64,000 nt of DNA from the IMG/VR virus record IMGVR_UViG_3300009079_000019, positions 1 to 64,000 of that record. One strand, written 5' to 3'. The position numbers and the translations under genes are program-made. This DNA is from an uncultured virus (IMG/VR IMGVR_UViG_3300009079_000019). Its lineage: Duplodnaviria; Heunggongvirae; Uroviricota; Caudoviricetes. Positions 1 to 10,751 of the stretch are shown here, piece by piece. The first letter of the stretch is position 1. Each line of letters opens with the position of its first letter. Under the pieces are notes generated by a model. The model searched no databases and was not told where the DNA came from. It saw only the letters and a program-made list of their open reading frames with translations.

Positions 1-49
1 CTGTAATCTTCCTTAAAGGGGGTGGATTTAATTGATTTCTGGTTGCCAT
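1..49 (-). CDS. gp19: Tail tube protein, N-terminus only (window edge)
   Basis: ATG at 47-49 reads MATRNQLNPPPLRKIT; directly follows gp18, as in T4-like gene order. Confidence 0.75.
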   Translation of the reverse strand, partial: MATRNQLNPPPLRKIT

Positions 50-68
50 AGTTTTTAACCTCTGTTAA

Positions 69-2231
69 TTAAAAGTTGCCGATTATTTCTTCAAAATCAA
101 CACCAGTCTTGGTGGCAATAAAGGTAAGACCGATGAAGTTAATCGATCTCGCTGGTTTAATGTAGATGTCTGCTCTAAACTCATTAGCATCAATAACTGC
201 TGCCGTGTTATTAGTTTCATCAGCAATTACGACATAATCAAAGATGCCTCTCTTTGCCTGAACATCACGCAAGAATGGTTCAATAGTATTTACAAAATTA
301 GTTCTTGTAATTTCATCGTTAAACTCAAATAGCACATCCCTAGCGGCACGAGAAATAGCATCCTCAAGGTAGATGAAGAGTCTGCGAACATTAATACGAT
401 CAAATGCTGATGTTCTTGCTAATCCAGTCTTATCACCGAACAGAATAATACCTGCTCCTGGTGAGAAGATGATTGGATTGATTCGGTTTGTATAAAGACG
501 ATCTCTCTGAGACTTACTTGGAGTATAAGCAAGTTTAACAGCATTTAAGATGGCACCTCTTGAGGTTCCTGCTGGAGAATACCAGGGGAAGTAATTAATG
601 TCACTACGAGCACAAAGACCGGCAATATCACCGTTTAAAGGAGCATATCTATAAGTATTTGCAAATCTATCGTACATATACTTATAACCAGAATCAAATA
701 CTGCATAAGACGAAGATGCTACGGAAGAGAAGAAACTAATTACATTATTTGTAATATCAGTAGAGTTTCTAACCGTAACTTCAGTTTGTACTGACGTATC
801 AGTAAGGGCAGAACTTCTGTAAGGTGAAATGAAGGCAATTGCATCTTTTCTGAGTTCGGCAACCGAAATAAGTTTGTTTGCTAGTTCTTGTGCAGTTTCT
901 TTCGCATAACCAGCAGATCCCATCAATAAGAAATCTACTTTGATATCTTCTGTGTTCTCAAATAAATCATATCCGTCTTTTAGTTCTGCTAGAGTTGCGG
1001 TAAGAGCACCGGTAGTTCCAATTCCTGTTTGTCCATTATAGTTAAGACCACCTGCTAACGTGTAAGTATTTGCACCTGCGGCACCAAAAATGATACCTTC
1101 TGCGGGTTGGTCCCATCCATTATCGGTCGTTAAGTCAAATTGATTCGGATCATATCCTGTTGTGGTAAGACCAGCAGGAGCACCACCAGCAAAGATATTT
1201 GCAGAACCTGCGGCAATATATTTTCTCCAATAAGAAGTACTTCCGGCAGAAAACTCCGCATCAGTTGCCTTAGAAAGACCTATATGCTTTTCAAGAATTG
1301 TTCCGGCATTACCAGTAACTGTTCCCAAATCATCAATAACTACTACGTGAACTTCATCAAATCTTGATCCTCTTGGTTCTGCAAATGCCGAAGTTCCTGG
1401 TGCTGGTGCTAGATTATTCCACTGAATGTTGGGAGTAATATATTGCTGACTGAACCAATCAAGTTCACTAGCGTAAGATGTGGTTCCCAATGAAACCAGA
1501 GAGTCTCCGGTTGTAACGATACCGACAATTCCAGATTCGGTAAAGCAATAAGTTCCGTCTTGTTGATAATCAACAATTGTTTCTGTATTTCCGGAGGATA
1601 CCTTACTTAAAATCTTAACAGCAATTGAACTGGCACCAACCTCAGTAATGATTCCTTTTAGATAAGAACCAGTTAACGATATGGAAGTACCCGTTCCAAC
1701 ATCTGCTTTTCCGGTAAGGGATTGAGTTACACCGTAACCAACTCTGGCAAGCGTAGTTACAATACCGCTTAAAATTTGGTCTGCCTTGGAGTCAATAATT
1801 GCTACTTTGATTCCGTTTGCCCAAGAACCAGGATTTCTTGCTGCTACAATAACATTTGGAATGGTATTTTCATCATACCCCAATTCTTCATAATGATCTA
1901 AACTCTTAATTTTAACGGTTGCAACTCCTACAGATGCAACACGGGCATTTTTTAGATCGGCGTCGTCTGCTCTGACTACCTGTAATGAACCACCATACGA
2001 AAGGTAGGATGAAGCAACCATCCAACTTTCATAGTGCTTATCTGTGGAGTATGGTTCGCCAAAATTATTCAGCAGATCATTTTCATTCTCTACTAAGGTT
2101 GGCGAATCTACAGGTCCCTTTGCGAAAGGTGCAACAATTGCCCCAATCTTATTGGAAGCTGGTTGGACTCTACCAGAGGTTAGATCAACTTCCCTTACTA
2201 CGATTCCAGGAGATGCTAAATTTAGCGGCAT
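69..2231 (-). CDS. gp18: Tail sheath protein
   Basis: SPGIVVREVDLT N-terminus; WYSPAG, GDKT, FDRINVRRLF and KPARSINFI sheath motifs. Confidence 0.97.
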   Translation of the reverse strand: MPLNLASPGIVVREVDLTSGRVQPASNKIGAIVAPFAKGPVDSPTLVENENDLLNNFGEPYSTDKHYESWMVASSYLSYGGSLQVVRADDADLKNARVASVGVATVKIKSLDHYEELGYDENTIPNVIVAARNPGSWANGIKVAIIDSKADQILSGIVTTLARVGYGVTQSLTGKADVGTGTSISLTGSYLKGIITEVGASSIAVKILSKVSSGNTETIVDYQQDGTYCFTESGIVGIVTTGDSLVSLGTTSYASELDWFSQQYITPNIQWNNLAPAPGTSAFAEPRGSRFDEVHVVVIDDLGTVTGNAGTILEKHIGLSKATDAEFSAGSTSYWRKYIAAGSANIFAGGAPAGLTTTGYDPNQFDLTTDNGWDQPAEGIIFGAAGANTYTLAGGLNYNGQTGIGTTGALTATLAELKDGYDLFENTEDIKVDFLLMGSAGYAKETAQELANKLISVAELRKDAIAFISPYRSSALTDTSVQTEVTVRNSTDITNNVISFFSSVASSSYAVFDSGYKYMYDRFANTYRYAPLNGDIAGLCARSDINYFPWYSPAGTSRGAILNAVKLAYTPSKSQRDRLYTNRINPIIFSPGAGIILFGDKTGLARTSAFDRINVRRLFIYLEDAISRAARDVLFEFNDEITRTNFVNTIEPFLRDVQAKRGIFDYVVIADETNNTAAVIDANEFRADIYIKPARSINFIGLTFIATKTGVDFEEIIGNF

Positions 2232-2267
2232 CTTTATTCTCCGTATTATCCCGAATTATTCTAAAAG

Positions 2268-2275
2268 TATTTATA
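2268..2275 (-). promoter_or_regulatory. T4-type late promoter TATAAATA
   Basis: Exact motif just upstream of gp18. Confidence 0.8.
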
Positions 2276-2296
2276 ATTTCCTTGTCTTCAATATAC

Positions 2297-5002
2297 TTAT
2301 CTGTAATCCCACTCATTTGACACATCTCCGTACTCATCAACATTCCAAATATCTTGTGTCTGTATTCCGTTTTCTGAAGTGGCAAACATCCACCTGTCTC
2401 CAGTTTCTTGTTCTACAAATACCTCCATATCTTCCAATCCATCTGAAATAAATCCAAACGGAGACATATCTTGGTCTATTTGATTCTTTTGTTCTTCATA
2501 TATTCTTTTACGAATATCATTATTAGTCATTTCTTTGAAATATTCCTGAGCGACTAACCAGGCAAAAATTACAAGGCACATTACCAAATCATCATTACAA
2601 CCTTCTTCCGCTTCAAATGAATTATGTCTTTGGGCAAATGTTGTAAGTTCACTAATAATATCATAGTCATTCACAAATAATTTATCATCCTCAATAAGTA
2701 ATTTTAAGTTTGAACATCCTAATTTTTTAACTGCTGCAGTTGTTCTAACTCCAAGTTGAGATTTTTTACCACTAAATCCAGACCCAACTAATTGCCCTGC
2801 CCTACCTCTCATAGAGCACATTAGGATATTATCATATTCTAAATCGTAGTGAAGAATATTAGCAACCTGATCTCCAATATCATTTACTTCTATAAGTAAC
2901 CAGGCATTATCATATCCTCTTGCCACCTCATTAATAATACTTGGAAATAGCATCGGTCTAATCTCATTATTTTTATATTTTGCCACAACTCTGTAAGGAA
3001 ACTCCGTAATATCAAAAACAACAAATGCCGAATAATCATTACCCATTCCACGAGCAACATCAACCGTAATTAAATAACTGTGGTCTTCTATTGGATTTTC
3101 ATAAACATCAAGACCTTTACTTCTTTTTATTGGGTCATCATAGACTAATATTTTCAGTTTGCTTGGATTGATGAGTGTTCCTACCGACCCCAGAAACTCA
3201 CAAAGGTGCTCTGCCCTAAACTGCTCTTCACTAGTATTGGCAATCGTCTGTGCCTTCCATTCCTCATCTCTACCGGGCACTTCAGACCAGTGGACCTCTG
3301 TGGCAACAAATGAGTTCTTACCACGCTCTGCATCGTGCCACATACGGTAGAAATGATTCATACCTTTGGGTGTGGATACTACAATAACCTTGGTGGACTT
3401 ACCAGATGAAATTGTGGGATATACTGATGCGAAGAAATCGTCGGCAATATGATTTGGAACAAACGCAAATTCGTCCAAGAAAATAATGTTGAATGACATT
3501 CCTCGAACGGCAGAAGCAGACGTTGATGCCGCAATAATTTTTGACCCATTTTCCAATTCTAATGAACCTTTATTCCAGGAAACAATACCCTGTTGCATCC
3601 ATTTTGGAAGATTCTCATAAGATAATTGAAGTCTACTTAAGATTTCTCTTGATGTTGATGCTTTGTTTGCCAGAATACCCACATTTACGTTGTCATTAAA
3701 AACAATATAATGTAATAAGTATGATACTACCGTTGTTGTATTATGTGTGGGAATAAATGTTCTTCCACATAAAAACAGATGGTCATCACTATCTACTTGA
3801 ATACACGCAACTGGGACACTATCGACCTTTTCTATTTTTTGTATATAATGTCTTTTATTTTGAGGTCTTCCCTTTCCACCAAAATTTATTAATTCGGACT
3901 TTCTTGGAAGATTGAAAATATTTTCCTTACTGGGAAAACGAACAGTATGATACCAACACTGATTTATTAACCTTCTACTTACTCTGGATTTTATACCTAA
4001 AGAAGATAGAAGTTCAACAACTTGAAGAATAAATTCATAATTCTTTTGGTAAAATTCAAATGATTGATTTTTTGTAATTGAACCGTCAGTATCCATCAAT
4101 CCTCGCAATAATTCCATTCTTTGTTCTATGGATGTGCGAAGATATATTTGTGGAATGTGTTTATTCTTTAATAAATTATTTTCTTTTAATTTTTTTCTTA
4201 AATCCCTACACTTAAAACGAATACAATTATTATCTTCTCTTTCGTGTTCAATATCTAGTTTTGTTTTATAAAATTCATAATCATCTTTATGTGCTATTAT
4301 TCTCCCGTCTGCAGAATATCCATCACCCAACCAAACACCAAGAAGATATGGATCTATAGGCAAATTTTGATTTTTCCCATTAATTGCTTTAGATAAGTCA
4401 ATATAAAGTGACCCTTCTACACCTTTACCTCTTTTATTGTTAGTTTTCTTTAAGTATCTTGAATATATTTCATCAGTATTGATAACTTTTTTTCCAGTTC
4501 TCCAATAAGAACTATTTACTTCCCACAAATGATCTGCATCAGCGACAATTTCTTCTCCATTATCAAAAAATATTTTGTAGCACTGGTGATTAATCATAGT
4601 TTCTGTTTTAAATGTTACAGAAACTGAATTTCCATCGGGAGAAAGTATTTGATCCCCAACTTCAATATCCCCAATCGTCGTCCATCCTTCAGGTGTTGGT
4701 ATTGGAGTATCTAATGCTAATGCCTTACCAACCTGGCGTGGCATCTTTGCTATGTTAAATCTGTTCTTATGAAAGTTGCTGACCAATCTCTCTTGAAAGG
4801 GCCACATATTAAACTTAACAAGACCATCATCAACATTAACAATCTTGATATATTTCTTGGCAAAATAAACGGGGTCTTCCTTACAAGTTAAGAACTCAAT
4901 AATTTGTTCTTCGGTAAATTGTATTGGAGTATTTGCTCTCTTTAGATTTGGATTAGAGAGATATGCATCACCTATCTTTAGTTGAATGTCTTGAATATCC
5001 AT
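2297..5002 (-). CDS. gp17: Terminase large subunit, intein-containing
   Basis: Walker A PRQVGK/T split by an insertion; Walker B IIFLDEFAF; STPKG; nuclease motifs VDVARG and NDDLVM. Confidence 0.97.
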   Translation of the reverse strand: MDIQDIQLKIGDAYLSNPNLKRANTPIQFTEEQIIEFLTCKEDPVYFAKKYIKIVNVDDGLVKFNMWPFQERLVSNFHKNRFNIAKMPRQVGKALALDTPIPTPEGWTTIGDIEVGDQILSPDGNSVSVTFKTETMINHQCYKIFFDNGEEIVADADHLWEVNSSYWRTGKKVINTDEIYSRYLKKTNNKRGKGVEGSLYIDLSKAINGKNQNLPIDPYLLGVWLGDGYSADGRIIAHKDDYEFYKTKLDIEHEREDNNCIRFKCRDLRKKLKENNLLKNKHIPQIYLRTSIEQRMELLRGLMDTDGSITKNQSFEFYQKNYEFILQVVELLSSLGIKSRVSRRLINQCWYHTVRFPSKENIFNLPRKSELINFGGKGRPQNKRHYIQKIEKVDSVPVACIQVDSDDHLFLCGRTFIPTHNTTTVVSYLLHYIVFNDNVNVGILANKASTSREILSRLQLSYENLPKWMQQGIVSWNKGSLELENGSKIIAASTSASAVRGMSFNIIFLDEFAFVPNHIADDFFASVYPTISSGKSTKVIVVSTPKGMNHFYRMWHDAERGKNSFVATEVHWSEVPGRDEEWKAQTIANTSEEQFRAEHLCEFLGSVGTLINPSKLKILVYDDPIKRSKGLDVYENPIEDHSYLITVDVARGMGNDYSAFVVFDITEFPYRVVAKYKNNEIRPMLFPSIINEVARGYDNAWLLIEVNDIGDQVANILHYDLEYDNILMCSMRGRAGQLVGSGFSGKKSQLGVRTTAAVKKLGCSNLKLLIEDDKLFVNDYDIISELTTFAQRHNSFEAEEGCNDDLVMCLVIFAWLVAQEYFKEMTNNDIRKRIYEEQKNQIDQDMSPFGFISDGLEDMEVFVEQETGDRWMFATSENGIQTQDIWNVDEYGDVSNEWDYR
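3740..4723 (-). mobile_element. Class 3 intein (328 aa) with LAGLIDADG endonuclease domain
   Basis: Starts ALALDTPIPT, ends PTHN before Thr; block B DADHLW, block F VACIQV, block G PTHN; LGVWLGDG and LRGLMDTDG motifs. Confidence 0.92.
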
Positions 5003-5007
5003 AAAAA

Positions 5008-6282
5008 TTACCTTTGTTCAATCCAATTCAATACCGCAAGTGCTTTTTTGTTAGTGTTTGGAGATGCACAAGCAAGAGTGTAAGTATCACTAATTGTTCC
5101 AATACCACTTCTACCTAACTGAAGTGCTGCTCTAACATCAAGATCAACTAACGCACCACTACCATTAATTACAAAACCACTCAAAAGATCACTTCCACCA
5201 GATACTGCAGTTTGAGTGATATTATACTGCATAAAAGAGTTTGGATCGGGATGATTTACCCAAGTTCCTCCAGTCAGTGTTGCATTTTGTAGAAGTTGCC
5301 AATAAACATTCGTATTGTCATCAGTTGCTGCCTGTAATGATCTCAAGAGCATTACACCAGTTAGATTATTAGATTTCAAACGAATGCTTATAATTGGATA
5401 AAATGTATTTGCAGATGACATCGTTGTCCCTGTGATGGGATTTGAGATGCTCAAAAGAGTTCCAAGTTTTTCTGATTCTCCTTCCTGAATCAGAGAATTA
5501 GAACCCTGATACATGTAATGAGTTCCTGCAACACCTGTTATATTTTCTATCTCAAGTCTAATAGGTAAGAATGGAGTAGAACACCAAACTCCCGGATTAG
5601 TATTTGAGTTCTCAAAAGTATGAGATGCAACAGTCTCATTCTTCATCAACCAAGTAAATTGAATTATACCTGCACCATACCATTCATAATTGATGGAAAT
5701 CATTTGTTGTTTTGTTGGATCTGCGGTTACTCCAGTCCACCCATTACCATCAAACTTCTCACCATTCCATTCATCTCTGTATACTCTGGTTTCTGTAACA
5801 ATTCCAGTTACACTACTACGGAGCACATAAGAATATGTTCCCCCATTATCCTCAAAATAAACACCATTATTTTCATCAAACAATCCAAATCTTCTGCGAA
5901 TACCAACTTGTGGTTGTTCAAGACGAATTGCAAATGCAAGAGTTGCACCCCTACCAGGAATGTATCTCATCACATTCTTGGTTTGGCGAACGATTTTACT
6001 ACCAGCAGTAGATTCAACTTGCATTACAACATTACTGGCATTTGCATTAAATGTTGCAGTTCCAACTCCAACTACTCTTTCATCCCATACATCAGTTTCC
6101 TTTCCATACTGGAAGGTGTTGAAGAATACTGTTTGGAACGGAGATATTTTAAATCTGTTGTTGTTAGTAAATTGGGGTCTCCAGTCAGTCTGGTTTCCCC
6201 AATGATCTGCGATATTATAAACCTCAAAGAGACTTCTTTCTTGATCTAAAAAATCTTGTGTTTTCTTATTCCATTGTGCCAT
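5008..6282 (-). CDS. Hypothetical protein, probably beta-rich virion protein
   Basis: 424-aa ORF tightly packed between gp17 and gp16. Confidence 0.7.
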   Translation of the reverse strand: MAQWNKKTQDFLDQERSLFEVYNIADHWGNQTDWRPQFTNNNRFKISPFQTVFFNTFQYGKETDVWDERVVGVGTATFNANASNVVMQVESTAGSKIVRQTKNVMRYIPGRGATLAFAIRLEQPQVGIRRRFGLFDENNGVYFEDNGGTYSYVLRSSVTGIVTETRVYRDEWNGEKFDGNGWTGVTADPTKQQMISINYEWYGAGIIQFTWLMKNETVASHTFENSNTNPGVWCSTPFLPIRLEIENITGVAGTHYMYQGSNSLIQEGESEKLGTLLSISNPITGTTMSSANTFYPIISIRLKSNNLTGVMLLRSLQAATDDNTNVYWQLLQNATLTGGTWVNHPDPNSFMQYNITQTAVSGGSDLLSGFVINGSGALVDLDVRAALQLGRSGIGTISDTYTLACASPNTNKKALAVLNWIEQR

Positions 6283-6284
6283 AA

Positions 6285-6599
6285 TTAATCAGTCGAAGTT
6301 AGTCTTTCGGGTTGATATCTTTGTGAGTTCTTAATTTTTAAAGAATTTGTTGTTTGAGGGTAAATGTTATGTACAATTGCTCCAGGATATTCTCCCTGAA
6401 GTTGCTCCGCAAGTTCATTTTTGTTCAACATCTTGCCTTCAACTTCTAATCTATACATTTTACCTTCCCAAACTATATCTGCGGTAAAAGACTCTCCAAC
6501 GGGTTCTGATTGAGATTCTGAACCATTCATATAAAGATTGCCGTTGAAATTTCCGGCAATATTAACACTTTCTGAAATAAACTGATTGAAGGATTTCAT
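6285..6599 (-). CDS. Probable internal head protein
   Basis: N-terminus MKSFNQFISE resembles the T4 capsid-targeting sequence. Confidence 0.6.
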   Translation of the reverse strand: MKSFNQFISESVNIAGNFNGNLYMNGSESQSEPVGESFTADIVWEGKMYRLEVEGKMLNKNELAEQLQGEYPGAIVHNIYPQTTNSLKIKNSQRYQPERLTSTD

Positions 6600-6600
6600 T

Positions 6601-8067
6601 TTAGTTACAGTTCCACTTTCTTAAGGATAATGTCTTTCTTGTTGGACGACCTTTTTCATCTTTCGCAGGTCCAGGCATTCCACTCATACGAGCACAGAAT
6701 GATTTTCTGCGTTTTGCATCCTTAGAACCGGGTTTTAATTTTGATGGTTTAGTAGTAACGGCAGTTTGCAATTTTGAACCTGGATTTTCTTTTCTATAAG
6801 ATGCAACTCCTGCTGCGTTTAAACCACCCTCAGGATTTTTACCTGCTTTTCTTTGCCAGGCAGCGGATGCTTCATTCAGACCAAAATCTTCCCTCCAATT
6901 GGAATATACATCAATAGATTCCTTAACCTTAACGCAGTTTGGATATTTTTTACCAAACATCGTCTTCATACCCTTTTTCTTATAACCTTTCCAACACGCC
7001 TCTTTAACATCGTGTTCTCCACTATCTAGGTAGTCAGCAGCAGCATCAATATAATCTGCTGCCTTTGTAATTTTTGATTGAACCCATGCCTCAATATTAC
7101 CCTCACCATTCAATTTGCCACGGAGTCTTTTTGCAGCAGAAATAATTGTAGAGAGTTCAGACCTTGCCATAGAATATTCGTGGTCTGGTTCCTTAGACTC
7201 ATTAGTAGGATGAACCTGAGCAATACTAAACTTCATCTGATTTGGGGATAATCTGGAAGGTAGTGAAAACATATCCCAGTACTTGGGACCATATTTGCAT
7301 ACATCTCTAGTCTCATCTTTTTCACATTTGGGGCAATATCTCATACCCATTTCTTCTGAAATAGAATCTTTTGATGATAAATTTATTGATTCTGATTTAT
7401 TTCCCCAATTAGCAGCACCAACCTTGCGGCATTTTACAAGTGCTCCGGAAGCATATGCTGAAGGCCAGACAGAATATCTTGACTTTACTTTAGTATAACA
7501 AGCATCTTTTGTGCCGCTTCCTTTACCTTTGACATCTGATTCTTCGTTCATTTTCTTTTTTGGTTTATCGGTAGAAACATAAGTTGGTTTAGCAGCACCC
7601 GATTTTTCTGGTTGATTTGGGTCTGCGGCACTTTTTCTTCTTTGAGCAGATATTCTTTCAGATTTAGTCATACTTGCTCTTTTATCTGAAGAAACACACT
7701 TGGGTGTTTCATCCTCTTCGCCTTCTTCACGGGCACAAGGTTCTCCGGAGACTACTTCAACCCAACCAGGTTTTCTTTTTTTACCGATTGATTCAGATTT
7801 ACCAAACCAATCACGAAGACTCTCTTTCACATCCTTAAAGTTTTTATGCTCTTTTCTAGCATCAGACTCCATCTTTTTCAACTTAGTGTAATAATCTGGA
7901 AACTCGTCAAGATGTTGAAGAGCAATATCAGCAGCAAGATCCTTATCTTTAGTATGCTCCTTTTCAATAGCAATACCCATCTTAAGTTGATTTCTTACAA
8001 AAGAAATATCCTGACGATGCTTTTTCGCAATACTTTCAACCGTCTGGTGGGATTTTAATTTAGGCAC
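6601..8067 (-). CDS. Basic multi-module protein, probable internal head protein
   Basis: GTG start; CTAAATA at 8091-8097; modules separated by (V/M/I/L)xE motifs. Confidence 0.65.
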   Translation of the reverse strand: MPKLKSHQTVESIAKKHRQDISFVRNQLKMGIAIEKEHTKDKDLAADIALQHLDEFPDYYTKLKKMESDARKEHKNFKDVKESLRDWFGKSESIGKKRKPGWVEVVSGEPCAREEGEEDETPKCVSSDKRASMTKSERISAQRRKSAADPNQPEKSGAAKPTYVSTDKPKKKMNEESDVKGKGSGTKDACYTKVKSRYSVWPSAYASGALVKCRKVGAANWGNKSESINLSSKDSISEEMGMRYCPKCEKDETRDVCKYGPKYWDMFSLPSRLSPNQMKFSIAQVHPTNESKEPDHEYSMARSELSTIISAAKRLRGKLNGEGNIEAWVQSKITKAADYIDAAADYLDSGEHDVKEACWKGYKKKGMKTMFGKKYPNCVKVKESIDVYSNWREDFGLNEASAAWQRKAGKNPEGGLNAAGVASYRKENPGSKLQTAVTTKPSKLKPGSKDAKRRKSFCARMSGMPGPAKDEKGRPTRKTLSLRKWNCN

Positions 8068-8079
8068 TTTAGGAAAACA

Positions 8080-8502
8080 TTATTCTTTATTATTTAGAAA
8101 ACCTTGCTTCAGTAATTTTGACAACTCCGAAGTAGATCCAACGAACACGGCATTATTTGTAACATTATTGGCAATTTTAGTATTATCCTCCTGAACATCT
8201 TTCAATTTCTTCTGAAGATCTATTAATTTATCAGTTGTATCCGCCACACTCTTAATAAGTTGCCCCGCCACCTCGTATGCTCTTGGACTTCCACCATCAC
8301 CGGCAAGTTCCATAATTCCATTAATGGCTTCCTGACCTTTCTCAATTAGTGAATATAGATTTGCTCTTGTATATTCATAATCTTTTTTTATATCATTATT
8401 CTGTGTAGGAATAATATCAATTGGTGTAATAGACTTTTCTACCTCAATAATACTACTTTCTATGTTCAGAGCTTTATCCAAATCTTCATAATTATTTTTC
8501 AT
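8080..8502 (-). CDS. gp16: Terminase small subunit
   Basis: DYEYTRANLY, PRAYEVAGQLIK and VFVGSTSEL motifs. Confidence 0.93.
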   Translation of the reverse strand: MKNNYEDLDKALNIESSIIEVEKSITPIDIIPTQNNDIKKDYEYTRANLYSLIEKGQEAINGIMELAGDGGSPRAYEVAGQLIKSVADTTDKLIDLQKKLKDVQEDNTKIANNVTNNAVFVGSTSELSKLLKQGFLNNKE

Positions 8503-8508
8503 AATATA

Positions 8509-9309
8509 TCAAATATCACTTTGTTGAGTTGGACTATAAGTTCTAGCATCACTATATGTTTCCCAAGTTTCATTAAATCCAAAATTATCATCCGGACCTG
8601 CGTCAATCGGGTCTGGAACAAGAGTATATCTCATTTCTCTCTTAGCAGTTGTAGTATCGGTACTCGTATACATATCAACCTGAACCTTACGAATAAGACC
8701 ATCTGTACTATCAGAAATTGGTCCGAACAGATAAGTTTTAGCAGTAAAATTTAAAGTATATATTAGGGTTCTCCGAGTTGAATAATCTCCTTCATAATCA
8801 TCGGTAAAAGATACACTATCTAAAACCACGGGAATATCTCTTTTTTCTCCGATAGAATCTACCAAATCTACTGTTAGATTGAATGATGGTTGAAAACTTG
8901 GAAGAATCTGTTCTACTATCTGCAGAGCATCATCTTGCAACTTAGTCATAATATTTAATTGAAACCCAATATTATATGGAACTGGCATATAAACCTTCTT
9001 TACAGTATCACCATTACCACAAGTTTTGAATGTTTGAGTTACATTTGCCTTTCTTGTAGAATCATACTGAATAGAAGTCATTTCAAATGATATTCTGGGA
9101 AGAGTAATCTGAATTGGTTTGTTCAATTCAGATTGTTGTTCAATTCTGGCCAGAAACTTTTGCATCGGTCCATATCCAAGAGGAACCTTCATCTGACTGA
9201 TTCCTACATCAGATGAATTTTTATGCTCAATATAAATGTCATTAAAAAGAGTTCCAAATGCAGTAACAGTCTTTCTAATAATTTGGTGATAAAAATAGGT
9301 TCCTAGCAT
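8509..9309 (-). CDS. gp15: Tail sheath stabiliser / completion protein
   Basis: YFYHQIIRK..FGTLFN, LPRISFE and PVPYN motifs. Confidence 0.93.
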   Translation of the reverse strand: MLGTYFYHQIIRKTVTAFGTLFNDIYIEHKNSSDVGISQMKVPLGYGPMQKFLARIEQQSELNKPIQITLPRISFEMTSIQYDSTRKANVTQTFKTCGNGDTVKKVYMPVPYNIGFQLNIMTKLQDDALQIVEQILPSFQPSFNLTVDLVDSIGEKRDIPVVLDSVSFTDDYEGDYSTRRTLIYTLNFTAKTYLFGPISDSTDGLIRKVQVDMYTSTDTTTAKREMRYTLVPDPIDAGPDDNFGFNETWETYSDARTYSPTQQSDI

Positions 9310-9346
9310 TTTCTATACCCGATTATCCAATCATTATCGTATTATA

Positions 9347-9354
9347 TATTTATA
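9347..9354 (-). promoter_or_regulatory. Late promoter TATAAATA
   Basis: Exact motif upstream of gp15. Confidence 0.8.
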
Positions 9355-9357
9355 GTA

Positions 9358-10749
9358 TCAATAAGAACCAAATGGATTTGATTCTGAAAAATCTAAAATA
9401 GATTCTGCTTCAGTCTGAATCTGCAAATTATCTCCATATTTATCGTAAGGATTCCAATTATTATAATCGTTTACGGAATATCTAGCACTAGAAATTGATC
9501 CCACAATTGTTTCTCCTGGGAAAAATCCATTAGGTGTTACATTATTGACAAAAGAAATCTTAAGAATTTTTGTATCAAAATCCCAAGATTTAACTCTTGC
9601 TGTTGTGCCAGACCTAGATCCGGTTACAATTTCATTAAAGAGATAGGTCCCAATTCCAGTTAGAATTGGAGGTCCATTAATGATAACTTGAGGGGCAATA
9701 GTGTATCCTATTCCAGTATTTGCAATTTTTATAGAAGATACACTCTGAGCAGTACCAACGACCGACGATATTACCGTTGCAGTTACTCCGGAACCAACAC
9801 TTCCAACAATAGTCACAAGAGGTGCAGTCGAATACCCAACACCATTATCTGTAAGAGTTATAGATATGACCCCAGACTGTGAGGTTTCAATTCCACAAGT
9901 AGCTGCCGCTCCGCTTCCATTACCCGTAATTGTAATGATTGGAGCAGAAGTATAACCTGCCCCGGCATTTTTTAATACTATTTGTTTAATTGAATAAATA
10001 CCGGATTTCAGTTCTGTAATTGCTTCTCCAACTGCATTTGTCCCCCCAAAAGGTGCCGAGGATATGCTTACTACTGGTGGAGAAGTATAACCATATCCAT
10101 CATTATTCAATGTTATCTGCCTAATATAACCACTTCCAATTCCTGCTGTTGCAGTAGCAGTTCTTCCAAGTCCAATCAAATTTAGTGTGGTTATATATCC
10201 TTCATCTTCAATTTGAGTATCAATTTCATCGATAGATGTATCAATAACTTCATCCCCATATTCGAATAGTTCACATTTTAGTTCGTAAACATATAATTTA
10301 CCTAACTGGTAAAATGGTTGCTCGTGCTCTACAAATTTAACTTCAAATAGTCTTTGACCTAGTGGGAAGTATATTAAATCTCCTTCTCTGGGTCTTGAAG
10401 ATAAAACAATTTCTTCATCGTTATCACCCTCAAGAAAAGGTGCAATAAAGTCTTCGTATCTTTCCTTGGATATGATTAGACTCAAATCATCCTTCAAACT
10501 CATTCCAAACTTGGTAAGAATATCTCCCTGTCCACTATATCCTTCATAATTGCTTATGTATGCTTCTAGTGCAAAATTATCATCGAATTTGGATGAAGAA
10601 ACCTCTCTAAGTATAGTTTCTCTTCTCACAAATTTTCTAGGAATATAAATTACTTCTACACCATAAATTCTCAACTGCTCGTTGATTAATTCCTGAACAA
10701 GTCTTTGCTCATTTGGTGAACCTTGAAGAAAAAAGGGATTTAGTGCCAT
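9358..10749 (-). CDS. gp14: Neck protein with G/T-rich insertion
   Basis: LTKFG, RPREGDLIYFP, PFYQLGK motifs; C-terminal ESNPFG. Confidence 0.93.
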   Translation of the reverse strand: MALNPFFLQGSPNEQRLVQELINEQLRIYGVEVIYIPRKFVRRETILREVSSSKFDDNFALEAYISNYEGYSGQGDILTKFGMSLKDDLSLIISKERYEDFIAPFLEGDNDEEIVLSSRPREGDLIYFPLGQRLFEVKFVEHEQPFYQLGKLYVYELKCELFEYGDEVIDTSIDEIDTQIEDEGYITTLNLIGLGRTATATAGIGSGYIRQITLNNDGYGYTSPPVVSISSAPFGGTNAVGEAITELKSGIYSIKQIVLKNAGAGYTSAPIITITGNGSGAAATCGIETSQSGVISITLTDNGVGYSTAPLVTIVGSVGSGVTATVISSVVGTAQSVSSIKIANTGIGYTIAPQVIINGPPILTGIGTYLFNEIVTGSRSGTTARVKSWDFDTKILKISFVNNVTPNGFFPGETIVGSISSARYSVNDYNNWNPYDKYGDNLQIQTEAESILDFSESNPFGSY

Positions 10750-10751
10750 TA

